From: Paraspadella gotoi
Lineage: Eukaryota; Animalia; Chaetognatha
Length of the DNA: 31,797 nt
Direction: 5' to 3'
NCBI GenBank assembly: GCA_051294375.1
Contig: JBJCIZ010001226.1
Span: forward strand, 17,641-49,437
Shown here: piece after piece, positions 19,390-31,615 of the stretch
How positions within the stretch are numbered: the first letter of the stretch is position 1
Layout: each line of letters starts with the position of its first letter
Notes under the pieces: model-generated
The model's input: the letters and a program-made list of their open reading frames with translations, nothing else
Told to the model about the DNA's origin: nothing
Database searches by the model: none
Made by a program: the position numbers and the translations under genes

Positions 19390-21150
19390 AGCACTAAACT
19401 ATTCAACCTTTACGCTAAACTACTCAACCCAAACCCTAAACTACTCAAACCTAACCAAAACCCTAAACTACTCAACCTTAACCAAAACCCTAAACTACTC
19501 AACCAAACCCTAAACTATACCTGTCAACCAAAACCCTAAACTACTCAACCTCTAACCAAACCCTAAACTACCTTCCAAACCCTAAACATAAAACCTTAAA
19601 CTACCCCAACCCTACTAACCACCAAAACCCCTAAACTACTCAACCTAACCTACTCAACCAACCCGACAAACTATTTAACCCAAAACCCTAAACTACTCAA
19701 TCCTAATCCTACTCAACCCTAACCTAAACTACTCAACCCTTACCCTAAACTACTCAACCCTAACCCTCACCTAAACTACTCAACCCTAACCAAAACCCTA
19801 AACTACTCAACCCTAACCAAAACCCTAAACTACTCAACCCCCCACCGTAAACTACTCAACCCTAACTCGAACCCTAAACTACTCAACCCTAACCAAAATC
19901 CTAAGCTACTCAACCCAAACCAAAACTATTCAACCAAAACCTAAACTACTACCCAAAACCTAAACTACTCAATCCTAATCCTACTCAACCCTAACCCTAA
20001 ACCACTCAACCCTTACCCTAAACTACTCAACCCTAACCAAAACCCTAAACGACCCAACCCTAACCCTAAACTACTCAACCCAAACCCAAAACTATTCAAC
20101 CCAAAACCTAAACTACTCAATCCTAATCCTACTCAACCCTAACCCAAAACTACTCAACCCTAACCAAAACCCTAACCAAAACCCTAAACTACTCAACCCT
20201 AACCCAAAACTATTTAACCCAAAACCTAAAACTACTCAATCCTAATCCTACTCAACCCTAACCCTAAACTACTCAACCCTTACCCTAAACTACTCAACCC
20301 TAACCAAAACCCAAAACGACCCAACCCTACCCTAAACTACTCAACCCAAACCCTAACTACTCAACCCAAACCCTAAACTACTCAACCCCCCACCGTAAAC
20401 TACTCAACCCTAACTCGAACCCTAAACTACTCAACCCTAACCAAAATCCTAAACTACTCAACCCAAACCAAAAACTATTCAACCCAAAACCTAAACTACT
20501 CAACCCAAACCCTAAACTACTCAACTCTAACCCTAATCTACTCAACCCTAACCAAAACCCTAAACTACCCAACCCTAACCCTAAACTTCTCAACCCTAAC
20601 TGTAAACTACTCGACCCTAACCCAAACCCTAAACTACTCAACCCTAACCAAAATCCTAAACTACTCAACCCAAACATAAGACTATTCAACCCAAAACCTA
20701 AACTACTCAATCCTAATCCTACTCAACCCTAACCCTAAACTACTCAACTCTAATCCTAAACTATTCAACCCTAACCCTAAACATTAACAACACCCACTAC
20801 TCCTAACCCTAAATTGACAATAACATTAACTCTAAACTGAACTTAACCCTAAACTACTCATCCCTAACCCTAAACTACTCAACCCTAACCCTAAACTACT
20901 CAACCCTAACCGTAAACTACTCAACCCTAACCCTTACCCTAAACTCCTCAACCCAAAACTACTCAATCCTAATCTTAGTCAACCCTAACCCTAATCTCCT
21001 CAACCCTAACCCTAAACTACTCAACCCTAACCCTAAACATTAACAACACCAACCTACCCCTAACCCTAAAATTGACAATAACGTTAACTCTAAACTGAAC
21101 TTAACCCTTACTCAACCCTAAGCCACCTTAACCCTAACCCTACTCCTACT
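19390..21150. repeat. Telomere-like satellite built from CCCTAA plus an ACTACTCAA spacer
   Basis: Dozens of units of ccctaaactactcaaccctaa, with variants and longer recurring blocks. Confidence 0.95.
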
Positions 21151-21160
21151 TGTCAATTTT

Positions 21161-21305
21161 AGTTTAGTTTCGGCGAAATCGTCATAACTGGAATGCTCAA
21201 TGTAGTTAACTGCTAAATCGCCAAATGGTGAGGTCGTCTTTTGGTGATTTGGCACTCAACTCTATTAAGCATCCATGTTATGGTTATTTTGCCAAAACTA
21301 AACTT
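21161..21305. repeat. Imperfect palindrome with about 65-bp arms at the satellite polarity switch
   Basis: 21161-21225 is an imperfect reverse complement of 21239-21305; C-rich repeats lie on the left and G-rich (ttaggg) repeats on the right. Confidence 0.75.
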
Positions 21306-21477
21306 GGATTAGGGTTAAGGTTGAGGTGGTTTAGGGTTGAGTTGGTTTGGTTTGGTCGGTTTGGTTGGTCTGGTTTGGTCCCATGCAACGGGAGGAATGC
21401 CTGTGATACCCGGGGCGCGGGTTATCTCACGAGACAGACAGCGGTGAGGCAGCCTTAAGTCTTGCCACAAATTACTA

Positions 21478-21770
21478 TTTTTATGTTTGAGATAGAAAAT
21501 GTATTTTTTTAAGAGTTTTATTAAGAAACAAATTTCAGATATGATTCGTCTTTAATGTAAGCCTTCGTCAGCGCAAAAACGAATTGATTTGTGAAACAAA
21601 TATTTTCACAGACTTCGAAGTTTAAATAGAGAGTCTGTGAAAATATTTGTTTCACACATCAATTCGTTTTTGCGCTGACGAAGGCTTACATTGAAGCCGA
21701 AACATGTCCAAAATTTATGTATCTTAATAAAACTTGTAAACAAAATACATTTTCTACCTCAAACAAATAA
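21478..21770. mobile_element. Inverted pair of PLE-type hammerhead repeats (arms about 137 bp, 17-nt spacer)
   Basis: 21478-21614 is the reverse complement of 21632-21770; the left arm has a degenerate minus-strand hammerhead (GAAU in place of GAAA). Confidence 0.85.
21675..21708 (+). ncRNA. Minimal type I hammerhead ribozyme (PLE-type)
   Basis: CUGACGA-A-GGCUU(ACAUUG)AAGCC-GAAA-C-AU-G-UC; intact core and palindromic stem III. Confidence 0.82.
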
Positions 21771-21925
21771 ATGAATGGAAAAACAATATTTTTATGTTAT
21801 ATTTTTTAACGGTTAGCAATTGGATTAAGGGTGATCACTGATGTTCTCATGATCAGGGATTATGAGTAGTTAGGGATTAGGGGTAGTTAGGGTTAGGGGA
21901 TGTTTCGAAATAAAATTTGTAATAT

Positions 21926-22017
21926 AAAGCCTGTCCAAAGCCTGTCCAAAGTCAGGGGCAAGATAGCTTATTTATTAAATGAATGGATAATTTTTATATT
22001 CGTTGTACCAATTTCAT
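21926..22017 (+). repeat. Repeat X copy with an 11-bp tandem duplication at its 5' junction
   Basis: aaagcctgtcc occurs twice, followed by the shared X 3' end. Confidence 0.9.
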
Positions 22018-25000
22018 AAAGTTTTTCTACCCTTTATTAAGGGTATAAAAAAAAAGACACTCGTAAGGCCCTTACCAGTGTCTTTTTTTTTGCATAGCAG
22101 AAACGAAAAACAATTAACCGAGCGCAAAATCCCAGACTTCGAATATAAAATTAAGCCATTAATTTATCTCATTTTTATTTATGGACCTGCTGAGAATAAT
22201 ATCATTTTATGATTATTATTTTCATGTCATAACAATTTTACTTGAAGAAACCCATTGGAGAGAAAGAAGACGTCAGGATCTTGGGTTTGGGGGCGCCTTT
22301 AATGTTTATAATTGTTTCTCTGGCCAATTAGTACCATTATAAATTATATTAAATACACATATATATATGTAGCAAATTAATTTGTGGCTTATTTCAGATG
22401 AGATCGAGTTCTTCAATCTCATGCATATTCTCGTATTTTGATTAGGCTTCAATCTCATTTGCATATTGTCGTATTCTGTGATTAAGCTTTGATAAAATTT
22501 ATTCTATTGCCCTGAAGGTTTAAAATTAAGATTTTACATTGAATAATGATCATGTTTATCTTGTTATGACTAATTGACTAATGATCATGTTTATCAGTTT
22601 ATTTGCCATGTTTATTATTAAATATTCTTAGCATTTAGATATTGAAACAGAAAATAATTTGATTTGTTATTGAATGACTTTTGTTTTCCCTTTAAGGTCG
22701 AGCTTGTCTGGTTTGGTTTTGCACAGGAGGTGCTGCGGCTTCCAGCAGCAGCAGCAGCACCACATGCCCAAACCCACATGCCTAGCGTGTCTGGAGCTGC
22801 TACGCAGTGTCGTTTGTTTTACATACTCATATCTGTTGAATTGAGACTTTGAGTTGCCGACTGCCGAGTCGGTCCAACAATGGAGAAACAAAAAAGAAAC
22901 GATTCTACAGTTCTAGCATTCTAATAAGACTACACAAAAGAAATTGAATTAAAATTTATTAAATAAGTAATTACGTTGAAAATAAATTAATAATAAAATA
23001 TTAAAATTGTAATGGACCGAGACCGAATAGGTTACATGCATATTACAAAATCGTTTTGATTCCCTATGCATTTATTTTAACAGGCAAAGTCCTTTAAGTT
23101 AATCTTTTTAAATATGCAGAACTAGCAGTAGAAATTCATGGTTATTGGATTTATTAGCTTTTCAATAAACTATCATATTCATTGCTATACTTAAACTAGC
23201 TTACTATAAGTAAATTCATTGTCAATCCCGTTTCTTTTATTAAAATTATTAAAAAAATTGATAACTTTTCAGATTTAGTAGACTGAATGAGTTTGATGGT
23301 TATAAGAACACTTATGTGTTTGGTGACGATATCGAACTTAGAAGGGAACTTGTATATATTGAGTCCTGAAGCCAGCAACGTTCTAGCGTCTCTTTTTCAA
23401 CCATTTCTGTATTTCTTTCGTAGATATATCAAAGAAAAGGTCTTCATTAGGCGGGTCTGGAATAATTAAAGAAAAAGTTTGGATTACTTGCATAATATGA
23501 CTTCTTAACAAGTAATGATGTTCTAATATCTATTGTAAAATTAGGGCGAAGTAACTTTTTTTTTTTTTTTTTTTTTTATAGTTTTAACTTTGTGTTGTAT
23601 AGATGCTCCCTCTATTTCCAGAAGTAACAACACTAACATTCCCTCTCGCCATTACATTATATAAAGAATACTTTTATAAACGAATATATTAAATCATTTT
23701 TAAATTTTAATATGAAATTTTTAAATGTCTAATATAGAAACAATAATCTGTTTATTTTTCATAGTCTGGCATCTATTTTAGTTGGTATAGGTTCCTTAAA
23801 AAAATTCTGATAATCATAATGCCAAATTTTTTTTCCAATAGTAACATAATACTTCGTTAATTAATTTTACAACATTTTAGTGCTTTTTTTGACAGTTGTA
23901 ATACATCTGTACTACAGAGTGTCTCGAGCGTAGTGTCCATTTACAATGAATCAGTGAATCAGTACAATTAGAAAATAATATATTTATTTTACCGTTGGAT
24001 CCAAGAAGTTCTTCAGTTTTATATGATGAATTTTATTTTTAAATCAACTTTCATTTACATTTTATCAGCTCACGCAAATGCTGGATTTTTTTTAATCAAT
24101 ATTTAAATTTTCAAATCTTCCGACAACCAAAAAAAATTTTTTCAGGCTACTTGGTTAATATTAAGATTTAATAATATGTTATTTGGCATATGATGATCAT
24201 ATGTTTTCCTTACATATTTTTCCATATCCTTTCGGATTTGAGGAGTATTAATTGGGTACATGAGAGAATATACCGGAATGCAGTGGTTTGATTACAGCAT
24301 TGCAAATTGCATATAAGATACACTCAGTGGAAAAATAGTTTTTTAGCAGTAAAAAATATTTTATGAATTCAGATTACATGCTGATCTAGCACACTTTAAA
24401 TTTACAGCATTTATCTGTTCCTGAAACTAAATTTAACGAGCGTCATTAAACAAATTTCCTTAAAATCAATTCTTTGCATCTTCACCTATGAAATCATTAT
24501 ATTATCGTCATCTTCCCAATTTAATAAATTCTTAAGAAGGAATAAGGCAACAACAACTAATGTATGGCCTACTGTGCTTAATTAACATGCAAATCATTTT
24601 TTTAAATAAAGCAGGAAATCTTAAAATTATAACATTGGATTGTCGAAGACAAAAATCTCCTGATTTGAACGCCGCTGATGTGCAATAAAATACAAATAAA
24701 ACCATAAGATTACATATAAGCTACCGAAAAGACTGTAATGAACTTCTCTTTTCGTGACTAGTTCTTTCAAATTAATAATTCACCTGTACCAATTTGACAC
24801 AGCGTTATTTGCAAAGTTGACGTATGCTTGAAGACAATCTGTAACTTGGAAAATTTACAAGTAGTTGGAGGTCAGTTTAATTCAGACTTGGAATAATTCA
24901 ATATTCCGCATAATATTTTTCGATCGACACCGCTTGCTATCAAAAGACTTGCTATTTCTTGCCGTACTGAATACATTCATGGACATCACGATCAGTAATT

Positions 25001-25026
25001 TGCAGCGAAAAAAATTGAAGTACGTA

Positions 25027-25807
25027 GTGGCGGTATATTCACACGCCTCAGTCCACATCGTTCAGCCTCCCCAAATCATTGTCAGAGGGGATCACACAAT
25101 CCAGGCGTAGTGTTCTATCCACAGATCGTAATGACTTGCGTTGTGGCAACAGAGCCGACAGTCCTACCCGGTACGCGCCAGGACTGGATGCGTCAACTGA
25201 GGGTCGGAACGCCCCAACAGCCCAACAGTGTGTATCGATGCGCCGCTATTCCCAATGGGCATTCACAGGCACCCGGCTGTTTCCATAAGTGGTGAGCCCT
25301 ACTATCAACACGCCAACCTTCTCAGGTACGCTACGAGACAAACGCCTATGCCCTGCCTGACTTCGGTCAGCACTATGGAAAACGCTATGCACTGGGGTAC
25401 GCTTACGACAAACGCTATGCCCCACCGGGCTCCTCTCTTTCTCCCTATGGTGCAGTCTGTAACCTCTCAGCCTGTGAGGAACATGAGTCGATGTAATTTT
25501 TGGTGCGAGGGGATCTGTGCCGTATACAGTTCACACGCCAGCTCACGTCCACATCGTTCAGCTAACATCCATTATGGCTCAAGAGGGGAAAGACCAAAAC
25601 CCGAACCACCACCCACCTAATCCCTCCCCCAACGGCGTAGTGTTCCATCCACAGTCCTAATGACTTCCCTCCTGCGTTGGGCAAGCGGAACGTCTCTAGG
25701 GTTAACTCGCCTCAGTGATGGATCGTCACTGAGGGTACGGAAGCCCCAAAGCACACAGTGAGCATGCCCCAATCCCAATGGGCATCAAGGAACCGGTCTG
25801 TTGCCAT
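25027..25807 (+). mobile_element. Second array of repeat Z (about 1.6 units, indel-rich), inverted relative to 18593-19258
   Basis: Colinear with the reverse complement of Z; degenerate twister motifs at about 25136-25228 and 25672-25758; ends at the same gttgccat. Confidence 0.85.
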
Positions 25808-27399
25808 TATGTAGTCCCATTTGTAATAGAATATTATCGTATGAAATTATTTAATAGTTACTAAGTCGCGTACCAATAAACCCATAAATCATTATCTGTA
25901 AAAGTCTTCGAAGTTTTCCGATCCCGCGTTTCCCATCTCGCGTTGATCGAAAGATTTTCTCCTTAAAGTTTAGAAACGCATCCTGCTAATTTATACTGGC
26001 ATTGAATTTAACTGTCATGGAATTTCTTTTTATATTTGACCTTCGCTTGTTTTCTCTTCCATCGATAACCTCTGTTTTTCGATCGTTTCTCTGCGACGTT
26101 TCGCGATCTCCCGTGAATTTATTCTGGTTGATTGGTTCTGGATATGACTCAACGCGTTCGCTCGATCTTGGAGGACCTCGTTTGGCGTTTCCGCAAAGAA
26201 AAATATTCTCGGTTCCTTCGTATTTTCATTTTCGTTCTTTCTTTCCTTTCATTTAATCTCACTGGACCGTCTTGTCACCCGCTTTTCTCTGGGGGTTCAC
26301 TCAACCAGCTCGACAATGACCGTTTATGAGCATGAAACCGTCTATGTCAGCTATCTGATGTGTGTTCATTTCTGCTTTTGCGTCCGGACTTGTTTCGTGT
26401 TCTTGAGAACTAAGAATTTGATCTGGTCCGTTTGACCCTAGAAAATTGTTTTTACCTGGCGTTCTGCATGAAAGTCCTCTGGTGATTTTCCTTGTTTCTT
26501 CTATAGGTCTGAAATGGTATCAGTTTCATCAGTGTTCTTCTGAGTCGAATTTCACTTCTCCACGTTTTCCAATGGAATGACTTTTAGTTTTGCTTCGGAC
26601 TCAAAAATTTGGAGGAATTTTCGTCACTGGCTTGCCTCTCTCTGAATTATCCCTCTGAAAAGATATGGAACTGACATTCTCTCCAGCTTTCTCTCAGGAC
26701 GATGACAAAAGCTCTGCGCATCACTCTTCCCCGGTGGAATTATTGGACATTCCGCGTTGCGTTTCTCGATCAAAACGTGAACGAACGTTAAATCGTCGCT
26801 TCCCCGTCTTCTTATATCACTCTGGCTGGCAAATGATTTGAAATTGACGCTGATTGTTCGTTAATTAAGGGGAAGTTTGAAATTTTCGACTTGGATAAAA
26901 TTTTAAGATGAGATCGAGTGTCTCTTCTCAAAGATGTAGTTTGAGCTATACTGTCGCTCGCTTTAGAAATGTTTGATCTAGCTTGTTTTATTGATGTCTT
27001 CATGGTACTTATGCTCTGTTCGTCAATGTGTCTATCTTCCACGCTCCCACTGAATAATCGCTTGGTGATTTTCCGATCTACGATATCTAAGTTGGCTAAA
27101 GAAGTTTTCAGGTCGTTGGTTCGACCGGACCCTTTCCTGACTGAGTAGCGAGAAGTTTGCAAAGATATTCTCGGTTTTATCATAATTCGCCGCATCATCA
27201 AAAGTTAAAAGGCACTGACTATAGTTCAAGCTACTTGATACAAAACTATCATTTCTCTGAAAATTCTTCTATGATCTTTTCAGACGCAGACACAATATTT
27301 TGAATCAGGCATTGTAAAAACATGCATAGCGTAAGATACATTAAAATTTTATACTCAATCAAACATGCTTGTACGAGAATATTTAGTAAGAAGAATTTC

Positions 27400-28720
27400 C
27401 ATAGTTAAATCTGGATTTCAATACGTTTCTATATTCTAATTAACACAAGAAACGATAGGAAATTACACGACTCGACTAAGTGATAATAGTGAAATTGATA
27501 CTTAATCAAGACCATCGAGTACGGAAATACGATGCGTTTTTTCAATCAGTGTTAACGAGCTCATCAATATTAATTTTCATATACTGTAGCTTTTATATTA
27601 GTTTTGAGGATTGCCGTACCGGAGTTACATGTTGTATGATAAAATTCGCGTTTCTCTCATATTAATTGTTCTTGTGGAACACTTAAGCATCTCTTTTTTA
27701 CACGACACAATGATACAACTCTATTAATTTTTAAGCTTCTTATTTTAATACGTAAATCTTTCGGATATTTTGTACGAATGACTTTTTCAAATTTATGTTT
27801 GTTGAATCCTTCTTGTGGTATGCTTCTTCCTGTTAGGGGTATACACTCCTATTTCTTCAATTATTCTTAACAATAATCTTTTCAGAGTACTAATTTTTAT
27901 ATTTTTCTATCTTGTCTTCTCCACGAATTTGAGACACCTCAGTATTATAATCATTCAACTAATGCGATTTTCAGTACTATTACTTCTTTCTTTAGGACTA
28001 AATACAGTTTTTTATACACAAGTTTCTATAAGTGTATTATTATATGTTATCTTTTAGATAATCTTTAAGTTAAAGTTTTTTTGCTTCTCCGCGTTTGGTG
28101 GAATTTCTCCTTCCTTGTGTCTAGCTCTGTTCGTTCTTTGGGTGAAGTCTCCTGTGCGCTGGCAAAGTGTTCGCTTTTCTCGCAGAGATGTGCATAATCT
28201 GGTCGTTGCGGTGCGCTCAGTAAATGTTTTATATGTTTGACACTCTGAAGCTGCGACTTGCGTTGTACTGTACTTCTCGTCACATTTTGGCTATTGTGTG
28301 TGAAGTGAGGACAACAATTTAATCTAGAAAGCTTTTCCTCTCTATGCGATTTAGTTGCTTGAAGAAATGACAAGCAGAATGTTTGATATACAGCATATCA
28401 ATTTATTATATTAATTGATAGCTACGCAGCATATACATTAGATTTGTGTATTATCAAATACTATTTTGTTAGTTCTTTCTGTTCTCTAGGTCTATTATTT
28501 GGTAATATCTCACCTACTGGAGTCGTCCGTTCTGCTTTTTGTATATTCTCGCCACGTGATTGCCTGTTTCGATATCTGCTCAACCGTGCCGAATATTATA
28601 GTTCTCAGTCGGACTGTAAAATAGAACGCTATTCCTTGTCAATCTACACGAATCTCTTCTTATTGCGCTCCCTCGTTATCTACGTCTACTCGGATGGTGC
28701 CGGATGTGGTATGCCTCATT
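27400..28720 (-). mobile_element. Degenerate non-LTR retrotransposon remnant (ORF1 zinc-knuckle-like plus APE endonuclease-like)
   Basis: ORF 28065-28373 has Cys/His spacing reminiscent of gag knuckles; downstream frameshifted pieces LKDYLKDNI..LIET and IGVYTPN resemble APE motifs; no RT seen. Confidence 0.4.
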
Positions 28721-28971
28721 GGTTGAGAAATAGCCATGGGGGCCTGTCTTTAAATAGTGACGGCTGTTAAACCATCGTTAGCAGCCTACCTCCGGAAACA
28801 AAGTATAGGACTGATGGACGTCTCCCATACCCACTGTCAGGGTCACGATTAAGTGTATTGACTAACCACTATGGCGGGGCAGATTTATTTTTTTTTTACA
28901 ATATGAAAAAGTCTCAATAAAAGTCTTTTGTCCTTTACCACCAAATTGGACTTATGATGTTAGATTAAACA

Positions 28972-29240
28972 GCGGCCATTGGTGCCGGAGGCAAGTCATT
29001 TGCCTCCCAACCAAAGGTCCCCGGGTTCTAGCCCGGTGGTCGCCTAGCAGTTAGGAGGGACGGCGGCTTAACCCTCCTGTACATGGTTGATAAAAATTGA
29101 TCCGCTTATATGAACGGTTCTGTCACTAAGCTTAAACCACCCAAAGCCTGTCCAAAGTCAGGACAAGATAGCTTATTTATTAAATGAATGGCTAATTTTA
29201 TATTGGTTGTACCAATTCATATAACAATATTATTGGTCTC
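28972..29240 (+). mobile_element. tRNA-Gly(CCC)-derived SINE, with repeat X inserted at 29130-29220
   Basis: Acceptor stem GCGGCCA/TGGTCGC (28972-29043), A box TGGTGCCGGAGG, anticodon loop CT-CCC-AA, B box GGTTCTAGCCC; body shared with 16854-17030. Confidence 0.8.
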
Positions 29241-29295
29241 TCAGATTTTGATTAAATTATTTTCCTCATGCATGGTAGCATTTTAATAATTAACA

Positions 29296-29760
29296 ATATA
29301 TACCTGTCCCTCCCCCCACCAGGGTATCACTGAATCCTTGTGCGGGTGCTGGCAGAACAGGGGATCTCCAGTTCAGTGACGACCGCGGCTCTTTACGTAA
29401 GCATTGGTGAAACCGAAAGACAAAATCCCAGACCGAAAACATCAGAGCGGCTATTGGGGGCTTGTGCAGGAGCGGGCAACCACCTTGCACAGCAGCATAC
29501 GAAACAGGCCAAAGTCTCTATCAGATAGGTCAAGCCTATTGCGACTCTAGAGGGCACTATCTGTCGGAGTTGCTGAACACGCACCAACTATGGGCCATCT
29601 GTTTAAGAGAGAGTACTGTCTCGTGCTGTCCCATGAACAGAACTGTTCCAAGAGGTATTAGAAAGGCAATCTACATCAAAGCCCTCTTGAACCGTATGGA
29701 GGACCATTCGAACTCCCTCCAAGCTATGATTCGCTTATCAAAACTGTGGTGGGAGCACCC
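29296..29760 (+). mobile_element. Penelope-like element 3' remnant (RT thumb-linker and GIY-YIG endonuclease), frameshifted
   Basis: Across frames: QGITESL.RVLAEQGI, LVKPKDKIP, C..PCTAAY.ETGQSL, VAEHAPTMGHLF..VLSHE, IRKAIYIKALLNR, the typical PLE GIY-YIG motif order. Confidence 0.82.
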
Positions 29761-31391
29761 AACGCCACCTCAGCCGCATCGGTATGATTCCCCTGTCTCA
29801 CTCAATGGGTCAGGAGGAGGCCTCTCAGCAGGCAATGACATCCGGATGACTCAACCGAGCCTGCAAGCACCTTGGGGCGACCCTTCTCGGTCGAGCGCCG
29901 CCAATAACGACGGGCTGCAGGAGGAAGTAGAGTAGTCTGTATCACCTTTCCCGAAACAGGCTAGAAAGGCAACCGCCTGCTTCACCGTCAGTGAGAGGGG
30001 GCCTTCGGCAGGCCTATCAGGTCAGAGAGATATTCGAGTGGCGTTGGCATTTTCCCAGCCGATCCAACCTGTCCACTCCCCACAATATCCTCCTCAGCCC
30101 ATGACATTTCAGCTCCTATGGTTACACACTTGAGCTATTTCAATGTTAAAAAGCATGACGACGACGACACCGACGACACAACGACGACAATGGTCAAAAG
30201 GAAGCAGAAACGAATTTAATATCTCCCCGGCTGACGAGATAAAAAACGCTGACTTCTTTCCGAATAATTCTCGAGGAGTAGCCACAATCGCACCATACTT
30301 TTAACTAAAGAATTTTTATGATAATCATAGATGTATTCCATTATAGATTGTCGTCTCAGAAATTATTGATGTGTGCTACTGTAGGAACAATTATTTTAAA
30401 CTACTTACTTAAAAGTCAGAAAATTGTTAACTTGTATGAATATGAAAAAAAAAAACAGGCCGATTGCCTGACTTTGGCAGGCTCCATCCCCTTACAATAA
30501 ATCAGCTTATTGTAAACTTCCGTAGGTAGTTTATGACGAGAAAATTTCGTATGATATTCGTTTCCCTGGAAATCTCAAATCGCCAAACCGCACTTTTCGT
30601 CGCCACTTTCGTTCCCATTGCTAAAAAAACATTGATATGGGGAATGGGGATTGGACAATGACAATGGACATATGAAACCTAGCCCAATAAATTCGCGTTA
30701 ATAAAATACATTATTAGTTCATAGTTTATTCAGAGGACGATATTATTCATAGGAACAATCGCTCAATGGTGGTGATTAAAGAGGGACGGGACATCGACCA
30801 ACCTAGTATAGTGAGACTAACATTCTACACCGCAGTTTTTTGTCGAATTCTACCTCGTTGGTAGGTGTCCTGAGAATTGTTACGCCTGCGAGAGAAGTCT
30901 TAGTGTTCGGACAGATTAATCATTATGACAGCTAAATCTTCATGGTACCCTAATGGATTCTAAAGCTCTAATAAGATTTCCTTAGACCATTTTTACGATT
31001 TTAATTTAAAAATTAAAAAACGGTTACAACAGAAACCAAGAAATTCAAATGTTATGTTTGCGCCGCAGTGAATTTGTTACCTGTGTATTCTCGTGTATTT
31101 CGACACTCCTGACAGATAAAAGATTATTCCAATGCAGTACAGAGTCCTGGTACTGCATTGGAATAAAATCTTTTATTTTATATAGTTTTAAATGAGATTT
31201 CTTTTAAGAAAACATAAGGGGGCGCTAGTTAGTCCGGCTTAGATTTGAGGTTTATTCCTGTCTAACAAATGAGCACCAGCTAAAGCTATAGGGTAGTTAT
31301 GACAAACTTTCTGTGGGTTAACTTGTGGCCCATGGTCCTCGGACTCGCTGAATGAATAATACAAATACAAATATGAGCATCTTTAACACCA

Positions 31392-31528
31392 AAAGCTTGC
31401 AGGGACCTGCTATGTCATTATCTTTAAGAGTGATGGAGGCTTAAACCACAAAGCCTGTCCAAAGTCAGGGCAAGATAGCTTATTTATTAAATGAATGGAT
31501 AATTTTTGTATTGGTTGTACAATTTCAT
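31392..31528 (+). repeat. Repeat X copy
   Basis: Aligns with 6990-7120. Confidence 0.9.
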
Positions 31529-31534
31529 AAGTAT

Positions 31535-31615
31535 GACAGACCGACAAACTGACCGACAGACCGACCTAAAGTGACTTTCACAGTTGCTCCGCGATTACTT
31601 TCGCACAAATAAAGA
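31535..31615 (-). mobile_element. HINE-like 5' end fragment with (GACA/GACC) microsatellite
   Basis: gacagaccgacaaactgaccgacagaccgac followed by agtgact..agttgc, a typical HINE/DINE layout. Confidence 0.4.

Noticed and set aside
20378-20710. 110-aa Gly/Leu/Ser ORF
   Set aside because: Translation of the telomere-like satellite.
28972-29044. Functional tRNA-Gly(CCC)
   Set aside because: Anticodon stem has a C-C mismatch, the D-arm is poor, and the downstream body is shared with another dispersed copy, so it is a SINE head.
31428-31480. SECIS-like hairpin in repeat X (GTGA..AAA loop)
   Set aside because: No 3' GA to form the kink-turn quartet, and no selenoprotein context.
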